DNA from: Oscillospiraceae bacterium
Lineage (GTDB): Bacteria > Bacillota > Clostridia > Oscillospirales > Oscillospiraceae
NCBI GenBank assembly: GCA_017436035.1
Contig: JAFSDV010000005.1
Coordinates: forward strand, 1,244 to 65,243
Length of the DNA: 64,000 nucleotides
Reading direction: 5' to 3'
The notes beneath the pieces are model-generated. The model saw only the letters and a list, made by a program, of their open reading frames with translations. It was not told the DNA's origin and did no database searches. Both the position numbers and the translations under genes were made by a program. Positions 48,738 through 57,668 of this stretch are shown here, piece after piece (position 1 is the stretch's first letter; every line of letters starts with the position of its first letter).

Positions 48738-50605
48738 ATATCTATGATGCAGGACAATGCGATATTGCGGTGATTGGTGCCGGACACGCCGGTATTGAGG
48801 CGGCGTTGGCGGCAGCTCGTATGGGGCAGTCGGTGATCCTGTTTACCATCAATCTGGACGCGGTGGGAAATATGCCCTGCAACCCGGCAATCGGCGGCAC
48901 AGGAAAAGGACATCTGGTTCGGGAGCTGGACGCGCTGGGCGGGCAAATGGGCGTTGCCGCAGACGCGGCATGTATCCAGTACCGGATGCTGAACCGGGGC
49001 AAAGGTCCTGCTGTCCACTCTTTGCGGGCGCAGGCAGACCGCCGGCGTTATCAGGAATATATGAAGCACACTCTGGAGCAGCAGGAGGGCTTGCAGTTAA
49101 AGCAGGCGCAGATCACCAGGGTACTGACGGAAAACGGCGCAGTTACCGGCGTGCAGACCCAGCTTGGCGCGGTTTACAGCACCCGGGCGGTGATCATTGC
49201 CACCGGCACATTCTTGGACAGTACCATCGTGATCGGAGAATCGGTAGTATCCTCCGGACCGGACGGGATGCACGCCTCCGTGGGTCTGGCAGATGACCTG
49301 CGGGCGCAGGGGTTGGTGCTGCGGCGGTTTAAGACCGGAACACCGCCCAGAGTAAATCGCCGGTCCATTGATTTTTCAAAAATGGAGCTGCAGCCGGGGG
49401 ATGAAGCCCCTGAGCCCTTCTCCTTCCGGACGGAGCACGGACTGAACAATCAGGCGGTCTGTTACCTGACCTACACCAATGAGCAGACCCACCGGATCAT
49501 CCGGGAAAATCTGCACCGCAGCCCTATGTATGACGGCACGATCTCCGGAGTAGGTCCCCGGTACTGCCCCAGTATTGAAACGAAGATCGTCCGCTTTGCG
49601 GAAAAGCCCCGGCATCAGCTGTTTATCGAGCCCTGCGGTATGAACACGGAGGAAATGTATATTCAGGGCTTTTCCTCCAGCCTGCCGGAGGATGTGCAGC
49701 TTGCAATGCTGCGGACTGTTCCCGGACTGGAAAACGCGGAAATGATGCGTCCGGCTTACGCCATCGAATATGAGTGTATCGATCCGACCCAGCTGCTGCC
49801 CACCCTGGAGTGCAAAAAGATCCCGGGACTTTACGGCGCAGGTCAGTTCAACGGAACCTCCGGTTACGAGGAAGCGGCGGCGCAGGGTTTGGTAGCCGGT
49901 GTGAATGCCGCGCTGAAATTGCAGGGAAAGCCGCCCATGATCCTGACCCGGGATACCAGCTATATCGGCACCCTGATCGACGATCTGGTGACCAAGGGCA
50001 CAGAAGAACCCTACCGGATCATGACCAGCCGGTCGGAATACCGGCTGCTGCACCGGCAGGACAACGCGGATCAGCGGCTGACAGCCATCGGTGCGGCGGT
50101 GGGTCTTGTTCCTCGGGAGCGGCTTGCCCAGGTGGAGGAAAAATACACCCAGGTCCGTCAGGAGATCAGCCGACTGGAGCGCAGCGGCGTGGCAGCCAGC
50201 CCGGCACTGAATGAAATGCTGGTCAGCCGGGAAACAGCACCGGTAGAGAACTCCGCAAGGCTTGCGGACCTTTTGCGGCGGCCTCAGGTCAGCTATGAGG
50301 ACATCGCGCCCTTTGACCCGGACCGACCGGTGTTGCCGCTCTGTGTAACACAGGAGGTGGAGATCCAGGTCAAATATGCCGGCTATCTGGCACGGCAGGA
50401 GAAGCAGGTGGCGGAATTTAAGAAAGAGGAAGCCCGGCTGCTTCCGGCAGACCTGGACTATAACGCCATTGGCGGTCTGCGGCTGGAAGCCCGGCAGAAG
50501 CTTCATGAGATCCGCCCCGTATCCATCGGTCAGGCAGGCCGGATCTCCGGGGTCAGCCCGGCGGATATCGCGGTGCTGCTGATCTGGCTGGAGCAGAATA
50601 AATAA
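48734..50605 (+). CDS. mnmG: tRNA uridine 5-carboxymethylaminomethyl modification enzyme
   Basis: [32 protein letters not shown] and [17 protein letters not shown]. Confidence 0.97.
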   Translation: MNIYDAGQCDIAVIGAGHAGIEAALAAARMGQSVILFTINLDAVGNMPCNPAIGGTGKGHLVRELDALGGQMGVAADAACIQYRMLNRGKGPAVHSLRAQADRRRYQEYMKHTLEQQEGLQLKQAQITRVLTENGAVTGVQTQLGAVYSTRAVIIATGTFLDSTIVIGESVVSSGPDGMHASVGLADDLRAQGLVLRRFKTGTPPRVNRRSIDFSKMELQPGDEAPEPFSFRTEHGLNNQAVCYLTYTNEQTHRIIRENLHRSPMYDGTISGVGPRYCPSIETKIVRFAEKPRHQLFIEPCGMNTEEMYIQGFSSSLPEDVQLAMLRTVPGLENAEMMRPAYAIEYECIDPTQLLPTLECKKIPGLYGAGQFNGTSGYEEAAAQGLVAGVNAALKLQGKPPMILTRDTSYIGTLIDDLVTKGTEEPYRIMTSRSEYRLLHRQDNADQRLTAIGAAVGLVPRERLAQVEEKYTQVRQEISRLERSGVAASPALNEMLVSRETAPVENSARLADLLRRPQVSYEDIAPFDPDRPVLPLCVTQEVEIQVKYAGYLARQEKQVAEFKKEEARLLPADLDYNAIGGLRLEARQKLHEIRPVSIGQAGRISGVSPADIAVLLIWLEQNK

Positions 50606-50663
50606 TTAAAAAGACTTACACAACAATCGCCTCCGACGCATAGAATAGTCGGAGGCGATTTTT

Positions 50664-51590
50664 ATGCCAATTGTCAATACCACCGCACCCATCACTGCCG
50701 CAAGCTGTGATGAGATGATCCGCAGCATCGTCAGCACCTATCCCTTCTGCCGCTCGGAGCTTCTGACCAGCACTGCCTTTCAGCGACCGATCCGCACGCT
50801 GGTCATTGGAAACGGACCAAGAAAGGTGATCTATTCTGCCGCCCATCACGCCAATGAATGGATTACATCTCTGGTGCTGCTCAAGTACGCCGAAGAGCTG
50901 GCGCAGGCGATTCGGGAGGGCGGACAGCTCGGCGGTCAGGATGCCAAGGCGTTAGCAGAGGCGGTTACGATCTATATGGTGCCGATGGTAGACCCGGATG
51001 GGGTAGATTTGGTGACCGGGGCGATCCAGCCGGGAAATATTCAGTACGATCTGGCCCGGCGGCTGGCAGCGGATTTTCCGTCCATCCCCTTCCCGGAGGG
51101 CTGGAAAGCCAATTTGTTGGGGGTGGACCTGAATTTGCAGTATCCTGCAGGCTGGCTGATGGCACGGGAAATTAAATTCTCGCAGGGCTACACCCAGCCC
51201 GGTCCGAGGGATTATGTAGGGCGCGCGCCCCTGAATCAGTTTGAAACCCAGGCGTTGGCGGGTTATACCCGGTTTATCGACCCGGAGCTGGTGCTGGCAT
51301 ATCACGCGCAGGGCAAGGAGATCTACTGGCAGTTTATGGATTATGAAGTTCCCGGCGCCCGGGAGCTGGGGGAGCAGATGGCACAGGCCAGCGGCTACAC
51401 GTTGACAGATGTGCCCTACGAATCCGGCTTCGCCGGGTATAAGGACTGGTTTATTCAGGAATTCCGCAAGCCGGGCTACACCATAGAGGTGGGCACAGGG
51501 GTCAACCCCCTGCCCCTGAGTCAATTTGATGAGATCTATCGGGACAATGTGCCGATCATGACCATTGCCGCATTGGGCGGAACGGAATAA
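50664..51590 (+). CDS. M14 zinc peptidase, gamma-D-glutamyl-meso-DAP peptidase (YqgT-like), no LysM domain
   Basis: HHANEW, WKANLLGVDLN, YHAQG, GYKDWF and TIEVG. Confidence 0.88.
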   Translation: MPIVNTTAPITAASCDEMIRSIVSTYPFCRSELLTSTAFQRPIRTLVIGNGPRKVIYSAAHHANEWITSLVLLKYAEELAQAIREGGQLGGQDAKALAEAVTIYMVPMVDPDGVDLVTGAIQPGNIQYDLARRLAADFPSIPFPEGWKANLLGVDLNLQYPAGWLMAREIKFSQGYTQPGPRDYVGRAPLNQFETQALAGYTRFIDPELVLAYHAQGKEIYWQFMDYEVPGARELGEQMAQASGYTLTDVPYESGFAGYKDWFIQEFRKPGYTIEVGTGVNPLPLSQFDEIYRDNVPIMTIAALGGTE

Positions 51591-51596
51591 AAGATC

Positions 51597-51624
51597 AAAA
51601 GCTGCCGCGCCGCGGCAGCTTTTT
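51597..51624 (+). terminator. Terminator after the M14 peptidase gene
   Basis: aaaagctgccgcg-c-cgcggcagcttttt. Confidence 0.8.
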
Positions 51625-51664
51625 GCTGCGCAATTTATAGTTATCACTCTGTTGGGTGATAAAT

Positions 51665-51761
51665 AATTGAAAATTGATAATGGAAAATTGAAAATGAATG
51701 TGTCCCCTTCGGGGACTTATTAAAATCATTTCCGGAAGCAATACGATCATTGTCAGCTGTC
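51665..51761. repeat. Degenerate 7-bp tandem array plus small hairpin
   Basis: aattgaa-aattgat-aatggaa-aattgaa-aatgaat; gtccccttcggggac. Confidence 0.55.
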
Positions 51762-51884
51762 CCTACGGTTTATTGATGTGCTGCAACACATCAATAAAAC
51801 CCAAATTATAAATCAAACAATGGGCGTTGCAAGTGGTGGTGGATTTTGCTATAATAAGAACAATACAGAAGTAAAGCTGGTGAA

Positions 51885-52658
51885 ATGATGCACAGCAAAT
51901 CGGATTATATCGCGGTGTTCGATTCCGGTGTAGGCGGAATCAGCGTGCTGCGGGAGCTGATCAGGCAGCTGCCGCAGGAGCGGTATTTGTACTTCGGAGA
52001 CTCTTCCAACGCCCCTTATGGGGACAAGACCACCGAGCAGGTGCGGCAGCTGACGCTGGAAGCGGCGGAAATACTCACTGCCCGAGGCATCAAGGCGTTG
52101 GTGGTAGCCTGCAATACAGCGACCTCCGCGGCGATCCGGGTTTTGCGGGAGCGGTATCCCGAGCTGATCGTGGTGGGGATCGAGCCGGCACTGAAGGTGG
52201 CGGCAGACCGGTTTCCCAATGGTCGCATCGGCATTATGGCGACCCAAGTGACCCTGGCGGAGGAGAAGCTTTCCAAGCAGGTGGACCGGTTTCCAAATGT
52301 GCAGATTCACCGGATTCCTGCGCCGGGCTTGGTAGAGCTGATCGAGGCAGGTCACACAGACGGATCCCAGGTACAGGAGCTGTTGGAGTGCGTTTTACGC
52401 CCTTATGTGGGACAGCTGGATGCGTTGGTGTTGGGCTGTACCCATTATCCCTTTGTACGCAATGCCATCGGGCAGGTTCTTGGACCGGATACACTGCTGT
52501 TGGACGGCGGAGCGGGTACAGCACGGCAGACCCGCCGGTGTCTGGAGGCAGCGGGTCTGCTCTATGACGGTCCGGGCTGCGTGGATATGGAAAACAGCAG
52601 CGCAGATCCGGCACTTTTGAAGCGGTCTATGGACTTATTGAACAGGCAGGCAGAATGA
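51885..52658 (+). CDS. murI: Glutamate racemase
   Basis: FDSGVGG, PYGDK, VACNTATS and LGCTHY. Confidence 0.97.
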   Translation: MMHSKSDYIAVFDSGVGGISVLRELIRQLPQERYLYFGDSSNAPYGDKTTEQVRQLTLEAAEILTARGIKALVVACNTATSAAIRVLRERYPELIVVGIEPALKVAADRFPNGRIGIMATQVTLAEEKLSKQVDRFPNVQIHRIPAPGLVELIEAGHTDGSQVQELLECVLRPYVGQLDALVLGCTHYPFVRNAIGQVLGPDTLLLDGGAGTARQTRRCLEAAGLLYDGPGCVDMENSSADPALLKRSMDLLNRQAE

Positions 52659-52659
52659 A

Positions 52660-53526
52660 ATGAGCATTGAAATCAATACAGAATGTCTTTTGTGCCACTT
52701 ACGGCGAAATTTGGAAACAGCCCGGTCCTTGGGGGATGAGCAGACGGCAATGGCTTTTGCCAGGGAGCTGATGGGGCTGTATTTGGATGTACCGGAGGAT
52801 GCTAGCTCCTCTGCACTGACACCTGCGGTGAACAAGCTGTTTCGAAAATACTACGGGCTGGAGGAGGACCGCTTCCGCAAAGAAAAGGAGGAATCCAACC
52901 GGTTTGTGCTGGCAAGGATGGAGGACATTCGCGGCCGGGTGGAACAGGCACGGGATCCACTGTATGCTGCACTGCAATTTGCGATCTTGGGCAATTATAT
53001 CGATTTTTCCGCGCTGCAGGGGAAGGTCAGCTTTCAAAAGCTGGACGAGCTGCTGGAGCAGGCGGCGGAAATGGATATAGACAGCGCGGTTTATCACAGG
53101 ATGTGTCAGGATCTGAAAAACGGGAAAAAGCTGCTGTATCTGACGGACAATGCCGGGGAGATCTGTTTTGACCGGATTTTTGCGGAGCAGATCCAAAAGC
53201 AGTATCCCCATTTGCAGATCACCTTCTGTGTCCGGGGTGTGCCGGTACATAATGACGCTACACGGGAGGATGCCGCTGCGGTGGGAATCCCGTTCCCGGT
53301 GGTCGACAACGGCAACGGCGTGGGCGGCACGGAGCTGAGCCTGCTGTCAGAGGAAGCAAAGCAGGCTGTGAACGAAGCGGATGTGATCATCGCCAAGGGA
53401 CAGGGCAACACAGAAACGCTCTATGGCTGCGGCTTGAACATCTATTACGCGTTTTTGATCAAATGCAGCCGCTTTGTGCAGGTGTTCAGGCAGCCGCTGC
53501 TGACCCCAATGCTGGTGGCGGAATGA
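52660..53526 (+). CDS. DUF89/ARMT1-like damage-control phosphatase
   Basis: ECLLC, GNYIDF, LTDNAGEICFD, HNDAT and AKGQGN.ETL. Confidence 0.9.
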   Translation: MSIEINTECLLCHLRRNLETARSLGDEQTAMAFARELMGLYLDVPEDASSSALTPAVNKLFRKYYGLEEDRFRKEKEESNRFVLARMEDIRGRVEQARDPLYAALQFAILGNYIDFSALQGKVSFQKLDELLEQAAEMDIDSAVYHRMCQDLKNGKKLLYLTDNAGEICFDRIFAEQIQKQYPHLQITFCVRGVPVHNDATREDAAAVGIPFPVVDNGNGVGGTELSLLSEEAKQAVNEADVIIAKGQGNTETLYGCGLNIYYAFLIKCSRFVQVFRQPLLTPMLVAE

Positions 53527-53575
53527 ATATAAACGAACAACCCATTCCGTTTTTGGAATGGGTTGTTTTAATGGA

Positions 53576-53959
53576 TCAATCAGCAGGTTTATTCTTTTTT
53601 CTCAGAAACCGGTACTCTGTCAGGGCGAACAAACCGCAGCCGGCAGCGTAGCACAGAAGATCCTTCCAATCAAAGGTGCTGCCAAGAGCAACATCCAGTG
53701 CAGTACCCTCCAAGCCCAGCCGGGCAGGCAGGTCCAAAAGCTGGCTGCATTCCACTGCGCCGCTGAATAAAAGCACCCAAACAGGCAGCCACCGGGAACT
53801 GTGGGGCAGGAAGATCCGCCCAAGGCAGCACAGCAGCACAGTTACCAGTACATCGCCTGCATAAGGCCGGATAAATGCGTCCCGGACAAAGGCGCCGATC
53901 AGACACTCTGCTGTCAGCAGTATCAGAAAACAGAGGAAATATACAGTCCGTCTGTTCAT
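53576..53959 (-). CDS. DUF2809 membrane protein
   Basis: FVRDAFIRPYAGDVL, VECSQ and LGSTFDWKD. Confidence 0.85.
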   Translation of the reverse strand: MNRRTVYFLCFLILLTAECLIGAFVRDAFIRPYAGDVLVTVLLCCLGRIFLPHSSRWLPVWVLLFSGAVECSQLLDLPARLGLEGTALDVALGSTFDWKDLLCYAAGCGLFALTEYRFLRKKNKPAD

Positions 53960-55476
53960 GGCTGCTCCGTTACCACGTCCGGCTTCGGCAGATATTTACC
54001 GGCAATATGGCTTGCGTAATTCCATTCCCGGAAATCCTCAATGGGGGCATCAGACCGCCGGTTCAGCCGGAATTTCGCCTGTTGGGCGATCTCCGGATTC
54101 TGATCCTCCGTAAGCTGCTGCAGATAAGGAACAGCACCGCTGCCCAGACGGCTCAGATACGCTACATCTACGGTTTCCAGCCTTCCGGACCGGTAAGCGG
54201 AAACATTATAGCGGGCAACGACCGTGTCTACATCTGCCCAAATAACGCTGGTACCGATCACCAGACCTGCCAGCAGGATGGCTTTCATATACGGCAGCTT
54301 GGGTGCAAACAGCCAAATGCTGACGGTCAGCGTGGTGATGCCGAGCCAAAGCATGATTACCTCGGTCAGCACCCGCAGGCGGGTCAGACCGTAAGAGCCG
54401 ATATACAAAAACATCTTGGCACTGGCTGTAACCACCAAAAACAGCGTCACGATGCCAATAAACAGACACAGCAGCCGGGTGGACAGGGGGGCTTTATCTA
54501 CCTTTGCTACCAACCCAACAGACAGAACGACAAGGCCCAGGTTGATGGCGCAGAGCCAGGCCATCTCAAAGAAGCCCCGGCGGGCATATTGGGCCATAGT
54601 ATAGCCTTCCGGCAGGATTCCCAAAAAGCCGCCGGAGAAATAGGCAAGCTGACTGGCAAGATACGCCCCATAGACCAGGGCTACGGCGATCAGCACGGTA
54701 TTGACGGTCAGGGGACTGATGCCTTTCCGGGCAGTTTTGGAAAGAGGTGCTTCCTTGGGGCAGTGCTTCAGGGAAGCACTGCGGATATATAAAACACAGG
54801 AAGGAAACACTCCGAGCACCACTGTGCTGAAAAGCTCTGAAAAATCCCGCTTGGGTAAAAGCTGCAGCAGCCCGTCGAAGGCTGCGTCCGCGCTGACCAG
54901 CAGCGGGATCAGGATCGCCAAAATGGGAATGGCTATACAGCAGCCCAGCGCAATGGCACTGCCTTTTTTGCCCACAGCACCGCTGCGCCGGAAGGCTTGG
55001 AGCAGACCGCTGAAGGCCTCGTGGCATTTTCCCATACCCAGGGTGAACAGTGTCCGGGGAGCGTCCAGCACAGAAGATATGCCGTTGGGTGAACGGCGGT
55101 TTTGACCCGCCAACAGGCAAAGCCCCAAATTCTCGCTGACCAGCAGAAAGCACATCAGTACAAATTTTACAAAGCTGTCATTGGACCGGGCAAAACCGGC
55201 CAAAATGATCAGGCTTAAAATCAAAAGAGCGGCGCTGTAGCCGGTGAGTCGGCAGCCGGACCATAATAAATACCCCGCGGTACACAGAAGACTCAGGCTC
55301 GCAAAGATGGAAAAACCCAGATTAAAGCCCCCATAGAGAACACTGTTACACAGCAGAAGCCCGCAAATGAACATCAAAAGTGCCAAAATCAGTTCCTTTG
55401 GCCCAATAGGGAAGCTGACAGGCTGGGTATCCCTATTCGGCATCTCCCAGCCGTCCGTGTTATGATGCTGTTCCAT
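53956..55476 (-). CDS. DUF4153/DUF4173 multi-TM membrane protein
   Basis: LLVSADAAF, YARRGFFEM, YIGSYGLTRLR and DVAYLSRLG..AVP. Confidence 0.85.
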   Translation of the reverse strand: MEQHHNTDGWEMPNRDTQPVSFPIGPKELILALLMFICGLLLCNSVLYGGFNLGFSIFASLSLLCTAGYLLWSGCRLTGYSAALLILSLIILAGFARSNDSFVKFVLMCFLLVSENLGLCLLAGQNRRSPNGISSVLDAPRTLFTLGMGKCHEAFSGLLQAFRRSGAVGKKGSAIALGCCIAIPILAILIPLLVSADAAFDGLLQLLPKRDFSELFSTVVLGVFPSCVLYIRSASLKHCPKEAPLSKTARKGISPLTVNTVLIAVALVYGAYLASQLAYFSGGFLGILPEGYTMAQYARRGFFEMAWLCAINLGLVVLSVGLVAKVDKAPLSTRLLCLFIGIVTLFLVVTASAKMFLYIGSYGLTRLRVLTEVIMLWLGITTLTVSIWLFAPKLPYMKAILLAGLVIGTSVIWADVDTVVARYNVSAYRSGRLETVDVAYLSRLGSGAVPYLQQLTEDQNPEIAQQAKFRLNRRSDAPIEDFREWNYASHIAGKYLPKPDVVTEQP

Positions 55477-55561
55477 ACAGTTCCTTCCTTTCGAGTGTTG
55501 TTTCTTTAGGTAGGAAATCTACCGTTGCATTCGACATTTTGCATTTTGATAACAAAGCCTT

Positions 55562-56080
55562 TTATCTGTGCGATAAAGGGTATTCTGCAAATGCAAATGT
55601 ATAATCACCCTGATTTTCAGAATTGAATTTCCCATCGTTTCCTACCCACGAATAATATAACGACGTAAATTTGTTAATCAAATGCGATTCCTCTTGATTG
55701 CCGTATAAAGTATTGGTTTGATAATTGTATACATAGCATACAGAATCATGATTTTTACTGTTTTTTTCAAACAGCCAAATACACAATTCATCTTGATAAA
55801 AAGACAAAACAACACTGTATTCATCATTTACAGGTATATTTACGTGTACAAAGCATCCAAAGTCATAATCAACCCCTGAACCCTCTATTGATGTAGTGAG
55901 AATAGTTTGAGTCCCGTTTTTTTCGGAATTGACCATATTCCAGATTTCCTCATAGACATTATCTACACGATAAAGTTTACCTGTAATTACTCCTTTGGTA
56001 AACATATTTGTCAAAGTAAGTACAGCAACAACTATTATAGAAATTGCAACTGCACTACGAACAATGATTTTCTTTTTCAT
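55562..56080 (-). CDS. AT-rich hypothetical membrane-anchored protein (possibly TipC-like immunity protein)
   Basis: 172-aa ORF with KKK plus N-terminal TM helix; markedly AT-rich relative to the flanking genes. Confidence 0.65.
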   Translation of the reverse strand: MKKKIIVRSAVAISIIVVAVLTLTNMFTKGVITGKLYRVDNVYEEIWNMVNSEKNGTQTILTTSIEGSGVDYDFGCFVHVNIPVNDEYSVVLSFYQDELCIWLFEKNSKNHDSVCYVYNYQTNTLYGNQEESHLINKFTSLYYSWVGNDGKFNSENQGDYTFAFAEYPLSHR

Positions 56081-56215
56081 ACAATCACACTACTTCGTTA
56101 AATTTCGATTTATCGGTTAGTTTATTCTCGCTTACAAATCTTTTGTGCGAACAGATATGCGGATATAGTCGTCGGCTTTTTCTCTACTCAAAAGAACAAT
56201 CGTCTTGAGAAAAAA

Positions 56216-56440
56216 TTACCGTTTCCAGGGGTCGGCGTCCTCTGCGTATTCAAACAGGTCGCCGGGCTGACATTTCAGCTCCCGGCAGATCTGATCCATG
56301 GTGCTCATACGCACGGCCTTGGCTTTGCCGGTTTTCAGAATGGACAGGTTTGCGGGGGTCATGCCGATCCGCTGGGCCAGTTCCAGAGAGGTCATCTTCC
56401 GTTTTGCCAGAATGACATCTAAATTTACAATGATTGCCAT
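56216..56440 (-). CDS. XRE-family HTH regulator (YozG-like)
   Basis: IIVNLDVILAKRKM, NLSILKTGKAKAVR and LKCQPGDL. Confidence 0.93.
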   Translation of the reverse strand: MAIIVNLDVILAKRKMTSLELAQRIGMTPANLSILKTGKAKAVRMSTMDQICRELKCQPGDLFEYAEDADPWKR

Positions 56441-56450
56441 AGCCGCCTCC

Positions 56451-56897
56451 TCAGATCGTCAGGTCGTTTTCTTCCCGAATGGACACAGCCGCAGCCAGGA
56501 CTTGGGCAACCACACTGATCACCAGACATAAAAAGGACATGATGATGACCATGAAAAACAGCGGCATATAGATGAACGCCGCCGGCAGGCAGATCAGACT
56601 GACGCCTGCACAGCACCAGCAGACGCGGCGGATGTGCCGGACGTTTTCCCGGGTAAAGACAGACAGCTTCAAAATGTGACGCAGCAGCTGGTCCAAATTC
56701 CACAGTGCCACCGCGACTACCACCGCACAGCAGTAAAAAGCAATGGTGATCGCCCGGTATTCCGCCGGAGTCAGGGCTCGGAATTGACAGTACCAGTCCA
56801 ACAGCAGGGGCAGGGTGGGCAGCAGCACTGCCAAAAGCAGTCCGATGAGTCGGTTCACCCACAGGGTTATGCGGGCAGAATATTGATTTTGTTTCAT
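56451..56897 (-). CDS. DUF2975 (YoaS-like) membrane protein
   Basis: VFTRENV and C-terminal AVSIREENDLTI; paired with the YozG-like HTH gene. Confidence 0.9.
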   Translation of the reverse strand: MKQNQYSARITLWVNRLIGLLLAVLLPTLPLLLDWYCQFRALTPAEYRAITIAFYCCAVVVAVALWNLDQLLRHILKLSVFTRENVRHIRRVCWCCAGVSLICLPAAFIYMPLFFMVIIMSFLCLVISVVAQVLAAAVSIREENDLTI

Positions 56898-57074
56898 AAA
56901 ATATGCCTCCTTATAAATGCATCATACTGCTAAAATTATCGAATGTCAATAATAAATTCAAGAAAACAAGGAAACAGAGCGCCTGCAGGGAGAGTTGACA
57001 GACTGTTCGCGAAAATGCTATAATATACAAAATTATTGCAGCAGATCGGCTGCAGAAGCGTTGGAGGGATCATT

Positions 57075-57476
57075 TTGGCGGGGATTATTTTGATCGCGGC
57101 AGCGGTTATTGTGTTTTTGGTGTCCTTTTTTCGTAAGCCGGGGCAGCCACCTCAGGAGAAGGTGACAAGCACCGGTGTGGTGGAGCAGGCGCAGGGAACA
57201 GAATCCGGGGCTGTTCAGTACACGGTTCGGTTTACCGGTGCGCGCAACCGCAGTTTTTTGGCGAGAACCGGACGTTACACCGGCAATACCGGCAAATACC
57301 AGGAAGGAAAGCTGGTGCATATCCGGTATTGGTTCGACAAAAAAGGCAGACCCGGCGTGGAGATCCTGGATGAGGAGCTGACCGCCATTTCGGAAAAGTC
57401 CCGGAACATCTCCCGGTGGTGCTTGGTTTTCAGCCCGGTCCTGCTGGTGCTGGGAATTTTACTTCTGATCATTTAA
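57075..57476 (+). CDS. Small membrane protein, TM-beta-TM (DUF3592-like)
   Basis: Two terminal TM helices around TGVV..YTVRF..YQEGKLVHIRY; TTG start after GGAGG; TTGACA-17-TATAAT upstream. Confidence 0.6.
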   Translation: MAGIILIAAAVIVFLVSFFRKPGQPPQEKVTSTGVVEQAQGTESGAVQYTVRFTGARNRSFLARTGRYTGNTGKYQEGKLVHIRYWFDKKGRPGVEILDEELTAISEKSRNISRWCLVFSPVLLVLGILLLII

Positions 57477-57560
57477 CAGGTCCGTTGACCGACTCCAAAA
57501 TCGGAGTCGGTCTTCTGTTTGTGCAAAATGGTGAAAATATAGAACACGGCATATTAGGGC

Positions 57561-57628
57561 TTGACAAAAGCAGCTGTATATGGCAATATATTGTGGAAAG
57601 CACAGCAAAAAGATACAAGATATTGTGC
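57561..57628 (+). promoter_or_regulatory. nrdD promoter with tandem NrdR boxes
   Basis: TTGACA at 57561; tggcaatatattgtgg (57581-57596) and atacaagatattgtgc (57613-57628) match acaCwAtATaTwGtg, 32 bp apart. Confidence 0.8.
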
Positions 57629-57668
57629 TTTCGGATGAAAGAATATAGAGAAAGACAGGTTAAGACTT

